A stretch of DNA of 64,000 nucleotides from Octopus sinensis (Eukaryota): the NCBI RefSeq assembly GCF_006345805.1, contig NC_042997.1, positions 17,670,001 through 17,734,000 of the forward strand, given 5' to 3'. Positions within the stretch are counted from its first letter, which is position 1, and each line of letters starts with the position of its first letter. Positions 38,254 to 51,510 of this stretch are shown here, piece by piece. The notes below the pieces were generated by a model. It was not told the origin of the DNA. It did not search any database and worked only from the letters and a program-made list of their open reading frames with translations. The position numbers and the translations under genes were made by a program.

Positions 38254-39641
38254 AAGTGTTAACATTGTTTAATATATGATACATGTAATATGCTGGATTA
38301 TATGTCTTGATAAGTCTGAGAGAAGAGTGTTGGACCAGTTACGTTGAGTAGTAAATTGACTGGTCGCTTAGGTAGCAGGATTCCTATGCAAAGAATATAC
38401 GTTAGCATAATCAATGAGTCAGAATGTTCTTGAGTTATTAAGCTAAGTTACTAAGCTAAGCTTTATGAGATATTCCATCTCATAAAACATTCTTTGTCAC
38501 TTTAAAAGTGTTACCTAAATCTTATATGCCAAGTATAAAACTTAAATTTGATTTATAGCTCACACCATCGATAAGTTTTAAATTCTGTACATGGCATGTA
38601 AAACATCTTTGCATCTTTTGTAATTTTTTTAAAGTTTCAGAGGTCATGTTAGTAGTTTTATCATGCATTTTATATGCTGATAGGTGCAAAAGTGAAACTT
38701 GTTTCTAATCAATAAGTTATGCTGTTGTGTAACCCTTTTCATAATAACTTGTCTGAAACCACTTCTACTTCTATAATGGAAAAACTAGCATTTTAAAGTG
38801 CTCATGCTTAAATTAAAATCTTGCATCAGAGATTTATCTTAAATCCATTTTTGCTAAGTACTAAACACTAGCTTAATAAAAAAATTTTCTCATTTCATTT
38901 AATTTTTCCAAATTCTTGATTACTTTCAAGACTAATTAAACCACACAGCCAGTGTGTTTCATGAGAAATGTATTCACAAAAGCCAATGTTAGCTTTTGAC
39001 CTATGATCAAAATTATCTGTGCTATAACTACCACATATATTTCTTACATACTTTATCCAGGACTACCCTATCCAATGTTTCCTCTTTCTAAGAAATGTGA
39101 ATATTTTACAGGAATATTTTTGTATATTTAGTGACTTTTTTTTTTTACATATTTAGTACTACATTATCCAATATGTCCTTCCTATTTTTAGATGGCTGGA
39201 TGTGCTATTTATTGAATATTGAACAAAAGCTGGAGGTTTCCTTAGCAAACAAGATATAGAGCAGAGTTGTTTTTTTTTATCAAATTCTTGTAAAGTACCT
39301 CTTTTTCTCAACTGATATTTTATAAAAGCTCCTTCAATTATTTTGAAAAAAAAAAGCAATCATTTTAATCAAACAAAAGCTGATTTTGTGTGTAGTGGGT
39401 TCTTATCTATATATTCTCATACTCATCTGGCAGGTGTTCCTTTTCATATATTTACATGGTAGGGAGTCACACTTGCTATGTTAAATTTTTATGAACCTGG
39501 AACTATGTGGTTGGTAAGCAAGCTACTTACCACACAGCCACTCCTGCATTAAAAAAAAGGGTTGGGGAGTTAACCACAAAAGTTAAAAGAATTCAAAATA
39601 GAATGGAAGAGAGGATCTGATCTTTGGCAGTATGATGACAA

Positions 39642-39682
39642 CTTCGAACATGTTTCAGTCTTATTAGATCTCATCAATGAAG
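39642..39682 (-). ncRNA. Degenerate minimal hammerhead motif
   Basis: cttca-TTGATGA-gatc-taataa-gact-GAAA-catg-TT-cgaag; palindromic stem III. Confidence 0.45.
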
Positions 39683-39729
39683 AATAATTTAAACCATTAC
39701 TACCAAAACTTACTGCAGTAGATTTCAAA

Positions 39730-39985
39730 TATATTTATTGGAAGGCATTATTTTGTATGCGTATGTTTAAAGTTGATTTATGATACCTACATAATATAAA
39801 TGCAATGTCCTTGCTGTTTGGAATGATGCATTCTCCCATTTAATATACTTGAGGCACTGACCTTTAATATACTTATTGGAAGTATTATTTACTTTATGTG
39901 GTGAGTTGATGTACCCTGCTTTTATGAAGTGCAATGTTCTTGTTATTTAGAAGGATACAATCTCCCATATTATATACAATTATTT
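39730..39985. repeat. Diverged tandem duplication, ~130-bp unit x2
   Basis: ttattggaag..tattt and tgcaatgt(c/t)cttg(c/t)t(g/a)ttt(g/a)gaa..tctcccat each occur twice. Confidence 0.65.
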
Positions 39986-41029
39986 TTAGCTGCCATAAAA
40001 TGCCATGTTTGGGGATAGCATTTCCTGATATTGATTATGAAAGTGATTATGAGAGTGAATCTGAGCATTACTGCAAAGCTGTCATATAATATTCTTTGTA
40101 TACATCCTATGCCATGTAATAAAATAGGATTTCATGAAATTTATTTCACAATGGCCATAAAAATTCTAAAAATATATTTTCTGCATTAAAGAATTAAGCC
40201 CAGTTATTTTAATTATTAATTTATTTCATATATGAACGTGCAGTTATGAAATGGCCAAGTAGATAAAACATTGAATTGCCAATAATTCATGAGTCTTGAG
40301 TTCATATTTATTTAAACAGTACATTTTATTTTATATACTACAGCACCCCCTCTCTGTCTGGAATTACTATTTCCTTTCCCATCTTTTAGTTAGTGTTGAG
40401 TAAATATTTATTACTGATTTCCAAAGGGATGAGATGCAAAATTTCATTTTGACAAGATGCTATTCAACTGTCAGGAATTTTTTCACCCATTTAACCACTC
40501 ATTACTAACTATCCCTCCTCCATACTTCTATCAATTCTCTTTCCATGCTTCTATCAATCACTTTGTTTCCATTATCACACTGTTGTGGAATGCATAATCA
40601 ACTGGTGAAGACTCTCTGATTTTATGAGGTATGAATCTAATCCAGTCATAGTGTTGATGCCACTATAATTCAGCCTATAACACTCTGTAAAGTGGCTGAA
40701 GATAATGTAGAATCATGGGTGAAAGGGTCCCTTCAGTTCTGTCAAGGACATGGTAATCCTCTCTAGTGCTAGGGATATAATAAAATGCATATGCGGGGCA
40801 CTCTGGCAAGTGTGGAGCCAAAGAAACTCTAATCTTGTTGATGATATGACAATTTCTCTAGTGTTGGTGCATGAAGTACACACTGAAAGGCGGTTGGTGT
40901 TAAGAAGAGCAGTCAACTATAGAAACCCAGTAAAAAATTAAAGCTAGAAGCGAACTTGCACTTGGTTATATGTTTTTCATGCAAAACCTATCCTAAGGAA
41001 ATTTTCTAATGTTATTTTCTTAATCTTCA

Positions 41030-41185
41030 GACCCAGCTGTGTGTTTAAAAAGCTTGCTTTACAAACCATGTGTTTTTAGGCTCACTCCTTTCAGCTGTGT
41101 GCAATTTAAGATAAGCATCTTCAACTATAGCCCTGGGCTGTGAGAATTTCTTGATGGTAACTGTTCAAAAGCTTGCCATATCCAT

Positions 41186-41221
<36 letters not shown>

Positions 41222-41355
41222 CTATGTGTCTTTCACTGCTTGTTAGATTGTTTACTAGACTTAAATTAAATATTGTAGTAAATTTGACTGCTTAAATTTT
41301 TCAATGTAGTGTCTCAGCATGGCCACAGTCCAATAGCTGAAACAATAAAAGAATG
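41030..41355 (+). mobile_element. Diverged tRNA-derived SINE
   Basis: Head gctgtgtgtttaaaaagcttgcttt, internal (GT)n, tail cagcatggccacagtccaatagctgaaac. Confidence 0.7.
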
Positions 41356-42358
41356 GCTGTTGTAACATTATTACCAATAGAGTAGTAGGAGATTATACAT
41401 TCATAAGTGATGGGAATCTTTAATGTATTCATACACTGTATTTGATTGGCACTTATTTTATAAATCACTACATGGAACAAAGTGAAAGTGACACGGTAAA
41501 ATTACAAAAGGGATCTTGTTAAATACTGCAGAACATCATATTCTGTGTATTATCAATTCTTTCAAACACCTGTCTTAAGTTAATATTGCTTTTGCTGTAG
41601 TTTAGCTCTAGATAAATTCTTATCAAGCAGACATAGAATCCAAAGTGTTCCAGATGTGAGCTTCTTTGTCTTTTATTTTATTTTTCAAGTTTACTATGTG
41701 TTCTTTTTTTTTTTAAGATAGTAGGATGTAAGTTGTGAGATTTGGCTGTGTAGAGGTTCATTCATTGTTTCAGCCCTTATCCTGTTGTTATTAAAATTGG
41801 GAGGTAAAACAATGTGTCCTCTTAGGTAGAAGCAAGCAAGTTGTTAGCCAAGTTCACAACAGGCTTTTGGTTCCTGATCAGAATCATTTCCATTTATGTT
41901 ATTATGACAATGCCTTTTAGAAATTGCAAATGTGACACCATTGTATTTCATTTCTTTACAATTCTGTGGTCTTGTGCTTGTATAACTTGACAGAAGAAAA
42001 CAAGGATGTATGGTCAATTGAATTGACATCAGCATATTACAGGTAATTATTTTATTAACTTTGAGAGAAAGAAATCAATATTCATAACATAAAACTACAT
42101 TATTCTCTCTATTTCTAGAATTTCTAGAAAGAATTAAAAGAGAGAAAATGTTATGAAGATTCCATTAACAAATATCTTTTTAAAGAACAACCTATTTATT
42201 TCATGGTTCAGATATTTTGAAAAAGAAAAATAAATTGTTTTCTTTTATCCACTACTAGTTATTTAGTTGTGTGGATTGCATGTAAGAACCCAAAACGTGT
42301 TTTCTTGTAATAATGTCAGTGAAATCAATTATTCTTTTGTCATCATTCATGTTACTGT

Positions 42359-42390
<32 letters not shown>

Positions 42391-43369
42391 CTGTTGTTGT
42401 TGTAATGGCTGACTTGCTACTTGTTGTCTAAGCAGATAATTCTATGGCTGATGGTATTGATTTTAGGAAGTGAAAAGTAAAAAAAAAGAACAGCAAGAAA
42501 AATAAAAAGTTAAAATGTTTTGCTAGAGAAAAACTTTAAGATAAATGTTCACAATGTCTTTTTTTTTCTCTCATATATTTCTTTCCAAGAACGAAATTAG
42601 TTCTAGAATAATAAACAGTACTAGCTGTAGTTTGTTAAAGAGGAATTTCTCTATGTTGAAAGCTGAAGAAAATGATGCACAAAAATATACTTAATGTTAT
42701 ATATTGTTGTTAGGCCATATGAAATATAACTTCTTTGAGTTTCTTCAATGAGTTCTATTTCAGCGACTTTTGTCAACTTCTCTATTAAGCAGAATACAAT
42801 AATATATATTCATAATTTTTTTTTGGTTTGACCAATGAAATAGAATGATGCTTATAATATCATTTATTTTTCTATTTTTATAAGAACTTCTTTCAATTCA
42901 TATTGATTTCTTTTGACAAGGAATAAAACTAGCTTTTTTTTTCAAGGGGGCACTCACATCTAGAAAATTTAATCAAACACACTATTCTTGTTGATTCCTT
43001 TTTACTCACTCAATCTGGAATGAATGGTAAAGTTGACCAATGTAGTATTTGAACTCAGATGTATAGATTTGTTAATACAAGACTTCCAATCTCATGATCA
43101 TCAGTTGCATTTATCTTCCTTTTTATTTTCAAGAAATATGAGCCATTGTTCACATTATTTTAAGACGTTTTAATCTTCATCTATTTTAAATTAATATTTT
43201 AGATAAAAAAATAGTGTCGAAAATTTTCATTGAATTTCGATGTATTCTTATTAACATAATAAATTAACAGAAATAAAAGGAATATTTTGTGATTGATATC
43301 AATAAAAAAATATGCATAAAATGTTATTTGTACACTTATCAAAGTGTAAGAAGAGGATACATCATCATT

Positions 43370-43915
43370 TCTATCATCATTATCATCATTGACCATCATC
43401 ATGATGATAATTTGATATGATTTTCAAGATGGGCCTTCTTTGAACAGGTCTTCTCTGGAACAATATCCCTTTATTTGTCAGGGTCACTTGTGATCTACTT
43501 TGTTAAGTTCAGTATCTTGAGATCAGCTTCCACCATTTCCTTCCATGGCTTCCAAATCTTACTCCTTTTCAGATTCCTTTTAATTGAAGCTCTTGGCACT
43601 TTTTAACCAAATGCTATCCTCTTTTTGCATCATATGTTTGTCACTGCTCAGTCTTCTCTCTTGCACACTATATTTGACTCCATTTATATCAAGATTTTTC
43701 TTTCTCAGCTCATTTGTGCTCTGTTGTTCAGGTACACTAACATGAGATGTCCACTGAAGCATTCTCATCTTCTTATTTCTTCCCAGCCTTCATTGTCCAT
43801 GTTTCATGATTGTGAAACACTGCACCTTGTATGCAAGTATTGTACAATCTATTCTTCACTTGAAAACAGAATCACTTTGTTGTCAGTAGGGATTATAGTT
43901 ACCTAGATTTTTGGT
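43370..43915 (-). mobile_element. Highly decayed RTE fragment
   Basis: MRMLQWTSHVSV..ELRKKNLDINGVKYSVQERRL, homologous to the RTE C-terminus. Confidence 0.65.
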
Positions 43916-44714
43916 TGACGACAGTGCCACCTGACTGGCTCCCGTGCTGGGTCTTATCAGCCAAATCTATCATGAGCTGCAGGAATTAGCACAGTTGTAC
44001 ATCCAAAATGAATTTGAAGACTATACTGTAGAGCCAGAACCATAGAATAATTTTATCAATAACAACTTCATCAATATGATGGAAATCAGGAACTAGCTTT
44101 AATGAGAATAACTTGACAGAGAGTATAACAGTGAAGACAAAGAGGTGTGCTCTAAACGTGATATACTATAATGTCAACTACTTCATGAAAGACACTAAAA
44201 AAATGGAGACACTATCAGATTCCTTTTTCATATGTATGAGGAAAGACCACCTACTTCACTCCCATCTCATATATAACCAGTTCTGCTCTATTTCTTATTG
44301 CTACTTTTCAACTAAATTATTATGCTGAACATTTTAATTTAATTATGGAATGATAATTTTTTGCAGGCTTAAACTCCCATCTATTGCTAGTACTTCTGAT
44401 AAAGGTTGATAACAAATTCAGCCTGTTTTACAATTTTAAAACATTAAATCTTAATTAACCTCATTTTCTACTCTTGTCATAAATTTAAACCACAATTACA
44501 CTGCATAAGGTTACATAAAGCCATTAAATATTTGGAGCCCCCCACCACATACAACAAACAGACAAACACAGACACACAGACATAAACACACATACACGTG
44601 CACGCACACACACACGCACACACACAGTCCCGGTTCATTCCTACTGTGCAGCACCTTGTCTTGACCACTACCTTGTGAGTGGAATTTGGTAGCTAGAAAC
44701 TGAATATGTAAGCA

Positions 44715-45683
44715 TACAAGGAGTGTTCATTAAATATTTCCTCTGACTCACTTTTGATTATTGCAGGAAATGGAACTTGTACAAGTATAATCATACATGT
44801 CTCTACACGTCACATTGTAAATTGCAGCTTTCCACTAGTATTAGTTTGTCTTTTACAACTGCTGAAGTGAACTAAGGTGTTATAATGGAGGTAGTTGATT
44901 GCAAATCAGTGATCAGATTCTTATACTATAAAGGTCAATTACTAAAAGAGACTCTCAGTGAGATGAAAGAAGGTTATGGTGACGATGAACCATCATATGA
45001 TGTAGTCAAGAGCAGATATCACCAGTTCAAATGAGGTCAGACATTGGTTAAAACTGCTTCTATTCCTGGATGACCACATTCTGCAATTGATGAGGACACC
45101 ATCCATAAAGTAGGAGCTGCCATTTTGGAGGATCACCACATAACTATATAGCAACTAGCCTAATAAGTGAAGATAAGTGTAAGGGCCAAGGAAAAAATAA
45201 TTCACAAACAGTTGCACGTGCAGAAGTTGTCTGCACGATGGATTCCCCAGATGCCCACACCTTTTCTGAAGCTGGAATGAGTCAATTACTCCCTGGCTCT
45301 TTTGGCAATGTGCCAAGAAAATGAGGACTTTTTCAGCAAACTTATCACACCGCATGAAACATGAGTCCACCAATATGATCCCAGACAAAGATCCAGTCGA
45401 AGCAATGGAAGCATGATAACTCACCACCTCCAAAAGAAGGCTTGTGTCCAACTCTCAGCAGGCATGGTGATGCTCACAGTCTTTTGGGACCAGCACGGAG
45501 GAGTGATGATGGATTTTCTGGGTGCCACAATTAACGGGGCATATTATGCTTCTCTGTTGCAGAAATTGTGGGATGCCATCAAAGCAGAGAGGCATGGCAT
45601 GCTGACCAAAGGAGTCCACCTCCTCCAAGACAGTACCCCAGTTCACAATGTGCATGTTACCCAGATGAAAGCACATTCCTTTT
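44715..45683 (+). mobile_element. 3'-truncated mariner with transposase pseudogene
   Basis: SARWIPQM (WVPxxL), ITPHET*VHQYDP (TGDETW), SAGMVMLTVFWDQHG..TINGAYYASLL..VHLLQDSTPVH (HDNAxPH). Confidence 0.9.
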
Positions 45684-45949
45684 GCAAGGCAGCAGGTTTG
45701 ATTCCTGATATAGGCAGCAAATTGTATCATTGAGCAAGACTCACATTGCTCCAGTCCACACTGCTGAAAATAAGTACCAGCAACAGATGGGAGTTTGAGT
45801 CTGCAAAGGACTGGCACCCCATCCTGAAAGTCTCGTACTCACCATCATGCACACCATTGAAAGTGGGAGAAGTTCTGAATTAATAAACATGTAAGCATGA
45901 GTAAAAATTTTTTATACTGTAATCATAAAGTAAATTTTCACAACTGTTC

Positions 45950-46232
45950 TCAGTAAAAGGCACTGGTGCAAGTGACACATGAAAGGCACCCCTGCTAGTG
46001 ACACATAAAAGGCACCTGTGCTGGTGACACATAAAAGGTACACGTGCCAGTGACACATGAGAGGCATCCACAATACTCTTGGTGTAGTTTGCATTAGGAA
46101 GCGCATCCAGCTGTAGAAACCAAGTCAAATCAGACTGGAACCTAGTACAGCTCTCTGACTTACCAGTTCCAGTCAAACTATCTAAATCATGCCAGCACAG
46201 AAAACAGATGTTGAATGACGATGATGATGATT
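45950..46232 (+). mobile_element. RTE 3'-end fragment with ~24-bp tandem repeats
   Basis: (ggcacctgtgctggtgacacataaaa)-like unit about x4, then ggaagcgcatccagctgtagaaacc and a GAT tail. Confidence 0.8.
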
Positions 46233-49200
46233 GACCAGTATCCTGCAGAGAACATTTGCAAAATTTAATGTAGAAATGTAAAATATGCTTGTTAATCACT
46301 TTGAATATTTTTATCTATGGCTGTACTCTGTATACTTTAACTTCAAATCCCTCTTAATCAATTCTCTCAACAGCTTCAGCAATTATTTCTTTTTACCACA
46401 TTTAGCTGGTTTATGAAAATGCACATTTCAATAAGTTCATCATTTTATATGAAGCATTTCATTGTTTCTTTGAAAATTGTGAGATGTTTAAAGGAAAAAA
46501 CAAATCTTGTTAAGATTTATTATATAAAAGATAAAAGGTGAACTGTTAGCTCATCTTTTATCTTTGGCTGGTTGCCAGCTGATATTTATGATAATCATCA
46601 ATTTTCTTGTCATTACCCATAAGCTCATTAAGGGTTTGAACATAGCTTTTTGTTTTGTTTTGATTTGCCTTATGCAAAATTATCTCTTCCACTTCAAAAA
46701 ATTTTAATATTTGAAATTAGTATATGCAAACGTATATGTTCACACACATACACACACATACAATGTGTGTGTATATGTGTGTGTTGTTCATATACATGTG
46801 AAAATTAATTTGTATTAATTAATTGCCTTGTATTAATTTACAAAATATTATATATATCAAAGTAATTTATTAAAAAATAAAAATAAAATATTAATTTATC
46901 ATTAACTTTTATCTAAAATTTCATCTGATTGAGTGAGCAGAAATTTATGATAGTTACAGCCCTTAGACTAGGTTGGTTGTTTGAGTAGTACTAACAATGC
47001 ACTTTTCATGTATTAATTCAATAGACAAAGGAAAAGTAGGAGTGATTTTTCAATGTTTCCTTCTTACGTATTGGAGTATATGTGTTCTACAAATTAGGAT
47101 TCACATGAGCTAAATTTCGTGGGCTAGAGTGAATACACATGGATATAACTCAATACATTTATTCATTCATAACTGTAGTAATCAATGAGACATCTTGTTT
47201 GCTAAGGAAACCTCCATCTTTTGCTCAATATTCAAGAAATAGCACATCCAGCCATCTAAAAGTAGGAAGGACATATTGGATAGTGTAGTACTAAATATCT
47301 AAAAAAAATATAGGATACAAATGGAAAATATTTTGTTACCATTTTTCTTAAACTTTACTGCTTTTATTTCAATTAATTTAGAAAATACAGAGTTTATCAT
47401 AAACATGGTGTTTGGAAAATAAATTGATATGAAATTTTGATGGATGTTTTTAATTTAGGTCACTTGAAAATTGGAAATTTGTATCATAGAAGCAGTGGTG
47501 GTCTGAAGCAGTTTGATGTCAAAAGAGTTTGTGATAAGTGTGTTCAATCAGGAGAGATATGGAGCTAAAGGACCACAACAAATTATTTATAGTGAAGCAA
47601 AAAGGGTAATTGTAAGTTTTGAGTTGTTTGAATTAGTGCAGTAATGTGGTAAGAAATGAACCACTGATATATTGACCAGTACACAGAATTGTAACAAATT
47701 GGTCAGCTGCAACTGGGAAGAATTTATGATGAAGAAAATTACGACCTAACTGCTTGAAATTATCAACATTCAGAATCTATTATTAATTCCTGTCATAAAT
47801 TGTTGAGTACAGACAAAATTCACTTTTATTAAAATGAAATATTTACAGAGAGTAGTTTAAACAGGTTTCAATGCTCAATTTACTTCTTGTTTATTTGCTA
47901 AACTAAAATGAAAAGTATTCTTTGATAAATTAAAAGCCAAACAAGCAAATAAACCAAAGTTCTCTGCTGAAACAACAGTAGATAAAAGGCTAGAAAAGTA
48001 AAGACTTCAGCTTTTGATAGATATTAGAAATATAAATCTTTGAAATGTTCAATTCCAGAATGTTAAGTTTTAAGTAAAATATAAATATATATATATATAT
48101 ATTTAAACATCATATGCATACATACGTATGTATGTATATATATATATATCTATATATCTCTCTCTCATACACAAACATATACATATATATAATATGTATA
48201 TGCACATATATATTAAACTATCTATATTAATATGTGTTTATATATATATGTATATATATGTGTGTGTGTATATATATCAATCTATATATATATGTATGTA
48301 TGTATGTATGCTTGTGTATACACACTGGCAAAATTTTTCATAAAATTTTGATCTATTCAGTTTACTGCTGTCATTTCTTTAGGGCAATTGCTAATGGCTG
48401 AGATTTTAATTTCATTTCAGATTCTTTGAAGAAGGTAATTTAATTTCAGTTACTTAACAAAACTATTTGATTCTTTTGAAAATGCTTTTTTTTTTAATCA
48501 ATGTATACTTACAGAAACAAATAAATATATAGAACCTTTGTTGCTGCTTCTGTATGGAAGGAATTTTGGGAATATTTCCAAATATTTATCTTTATTGATC
48601 ATTACAACATGTTGCAGACTTAAAGGTTCCAATTTTTGGTTCACTGAAACGTTTTATTACGTTCAGCTGACAATATGCTGTTTATATATGGACCAATGTG
48701 GAACAATAGTTTTCAAAGGACTTATCTCTGTAACTTAATCAGCTTCTCATTCGTATCTATATATTTTGACTCAGTATATATCACCCACCATACTTTTGAC
48801 CTATTCTTCCTCAAAATTTTGAAATAGCTCAACTTGTAGTTTCTTGTTTGCAAATTGTAATCAATTTCTTTTTCTTTTCTGCAAACTTAAAATCAGAAGT
48901 GATGATGCTACTTGTACAATAATAGATAAAAGCCATTAGTGAGAGCCAAACTCTGAAATAAAATTAACATAGGGTTGATAGTAGATTTTTGCCTTAGAAG
49001 ATAACTACTGTTTTTGCAAACATCAATTGTTTGCAATAGAAAGATGTTATAATCTGAAATGCTGCTACTGAAATCATCATCATCTTCATTCTTTAGCATC
49101 CACTAGCATGGGTCTGACAAAATTTGCAGAGTCAGATTTACTATGATTGGATGTCCTTACTTTCACCAACATTCACCAGTTTCCAAGCAAGATAAATATT

Positions 49201-49339
49201 TTCTCATACTTGACCATGTTTAACCATGTTTTTTTTTCAGAAAACTGGAGATAGACAACATTGCTCATTTACAACTATCACATGATGTCTAGGCAAGGGT
49301 ATGCACAAGCACATAGATACACAAACAGATACATACACA

Positions 49340-49705
49340 CATGTAAAAAGTACCAACACTGGCACAACATAAAAAGTGTCCAGTACACTTTGTATAGTAG
49401 TTGGTGTTAGGAAGGGCCTCCAGTTGTAGAAACCATGCCAAACAGACAACTGGAGGCTGGTGCAGCCCTCTGGCTTGACAGCTCCTGTAAAACTGTCCAG
49501 CATGGAAAACAGACATTAAATGATGATGAGCATGATGATACAAACAACAGACTTCTGTCTGTTTTTGCCTACCAAATTCACAATACACTCAAAGCTTTTG
49601 TTGGTCTGGAGTTATAGAAGACACCCAAGGTACCATACAGTGTAACTGAACCTAAGACCACATGGCTGGGAATCAAGCTTCTCAACTACACAGTCACACT
49701 TGCAT
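49340..49705. mobile_element. RTE 3' fragment (+, 49340-49540) abutting a SINE head (-, 49550-49705)
   Basis: gttggtgttaggaagggcctccagttgtagaaacc..gacattaaatgatgat; then cccaaggtaccatacagtgtaactgaacc. Confidence 0.75.
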
Positions 49706-50199
49706 CAAATCAGAATAAATGTATATATCTTGTCATCATAAAGAGATTTCATACCAAAAACCATTCATGTTTTTGAGCAATTGGCTTAAGTATGGTTAGT
49801 AATCCAGAACTTAGTGAACATAGAATATGAAATACATAATGATAAGATACCTACAATAGAACCAGAGAAAAAAATTATTGTCATTTAAAGTTTATTGTGA
49901 AATATAAAGAAAACTGATTATGGAAATAAAGGTAGATTTTAAAGAATGGATTGAAATCTTATGAGTGTACATTAAGTGCAAGTATGTGACCATATTATAG
50001 TAATATGAACTTCTGAAAATGTTATGTGTTTCAATAATCTTTTGTAATAGATTATACTTCAAAGGTGTTCTAGGCAATATGTTAAAATCATTTAATATAT
50101 ACACAATTTATATAAAACTATTTCTTTTTGTTGTATCATATAATTCCAGTATTATATTAAATGATATAACTTGCATAATCATACTTACTTTTATTTTTT

Positions 50200-51510
50200 C
50201 AGTTTTAGAACTATGGCTATGCTGGGACACCAACAGGAAAGGATTTGTTGAACAAATCAATTCCAGTACTTATTTTTAAGCCTGATACTTGTTCTACAAG
50301 ATTCATTTTGTTGAACGTTATAGGGATATAAATAAGCTAATATCGGTTGAAAAGAGATAGAAGAGGACAAACATAAACACACAAACATAGCTACACACAC
50401 ACATACATACAATCATATAAATACACACACTCATGCACACAGTTTGGGTTAAATTTGATGATTTTTATGTTTCTTTTTTGACATATTGGTGAGCAGTCAA
50501 TGGCATTGGAGAACATAAAAATTAAAGTTGTAGTTGAAAAAAAGGTAGCTGATATGGAGGAATGAAAATCATCTGAATATTGGAGAAGAGTTACCTATAT
50601 CATAATGATTAGCATCAGATATTAAAATGCTGGTGTCATGACTGCTGCTCAGTGTTCTGTGAACACTGTAAAGGTTGTAAGATGTGGCATAGCCAGTTGC
50701 AGTGGCAGCTAGGAAACCATGGCCAGCAGGAAGTGTCTTGGCAGGTGTTCTGACTGCATCTGCATTTCTGAATCCATCCCACATCTTTGAACAGGGATTT
50801 AGGCTCACTTCAGATGGTTATGTAAAGCTGCTAAAGACTGTAGTCAAACCCTGGCTGGAGATGGCTGCTGCTGGAAGGCCATATGTGTAGCAGCATGATA
50901 TGGCTCCTTGCTTTACTTCCAGAAATTGTTAGATGTGGTTGTTGGAAAAAAATCTATGACATCACCAGCTCCAATTTCTGTGTTCTGAATTTCCTTGATT
51001 GTAATCCCATGGATGTGTGGAACAAAGTTAAAAAAACTCTACCTGATTTACCAAGGCTGAGGTGGTGGCCAAGATCAAGGAGGCATTCAAAGATCTTCAT
51101 AGGAACATGAGGAAGAATGCATATCCCAGGTTCTGGAGCTGTCTTGAGGCCAAGGTGGAAGCCAAAGGTGCCTATTTTAACTAAACTGTTTTAAGTAAAC
51201 AGCTAGTTGCTAATTTTTGATTTTATGTTTGCTAATTAACTGGTTGCTAATTTTTGATTTTTTTAAGTACTTTTATTTTGGGGTGTGATATTGTAGCTTT
51301 TATTTCCCTTCTTATGTGCACTGTCAAATTTAGTCTAAACACTCCATATATACACATATACAATGAGCTTTTTTCAGTTTCTGTCTACTCACAAGGTTTG
51401 GGTTGACCTGAAGCTATAGTAGAAGCCACTTGTCCAAGACATCATGCAGTAGGACTGAATCCAAACCCATGTGGTTTGGAAGCAAACTTCTTGCCACATA
51501 ACCATGCATG
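50200..51510 (-). mobile_element. SINE split by a DNA transposon (tail 50200-50395, head 51360-51510)
   Basis: Both halves are in minus orientation and flank 50440-51350 at the internal CA/TA tract. Confidence 0.65.
50440..51350 (+). mobile_element. IS630-Tc1-mariner remnant (maT/DD37D-like)
   Basis: HIFEQGFRLTSDGYVKLLKTVVKPWLEMAAAGRPYV*QHDMAPCFTS..NFLDCNPMD (QQDxAPxH and SPDxNPxD motifs); TIR-like gtttgggttaaatttga / tcaaatttagtctaaac. Confidence 0.78.

Noticed and set aside
38730-38990. Possible second piggyBac-like MITE (inverted relative at ~47330-47530)
   Set aside because: The similarity and terminal repeats are too degraded to delimit without alignment.
41844-42050. 63-aa non-repetitive ORF and a nearby CAG/GTAATT donor-like site
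   Set aside because: No recognisable homology, and the ORF and the splice signal are on opposite strands.
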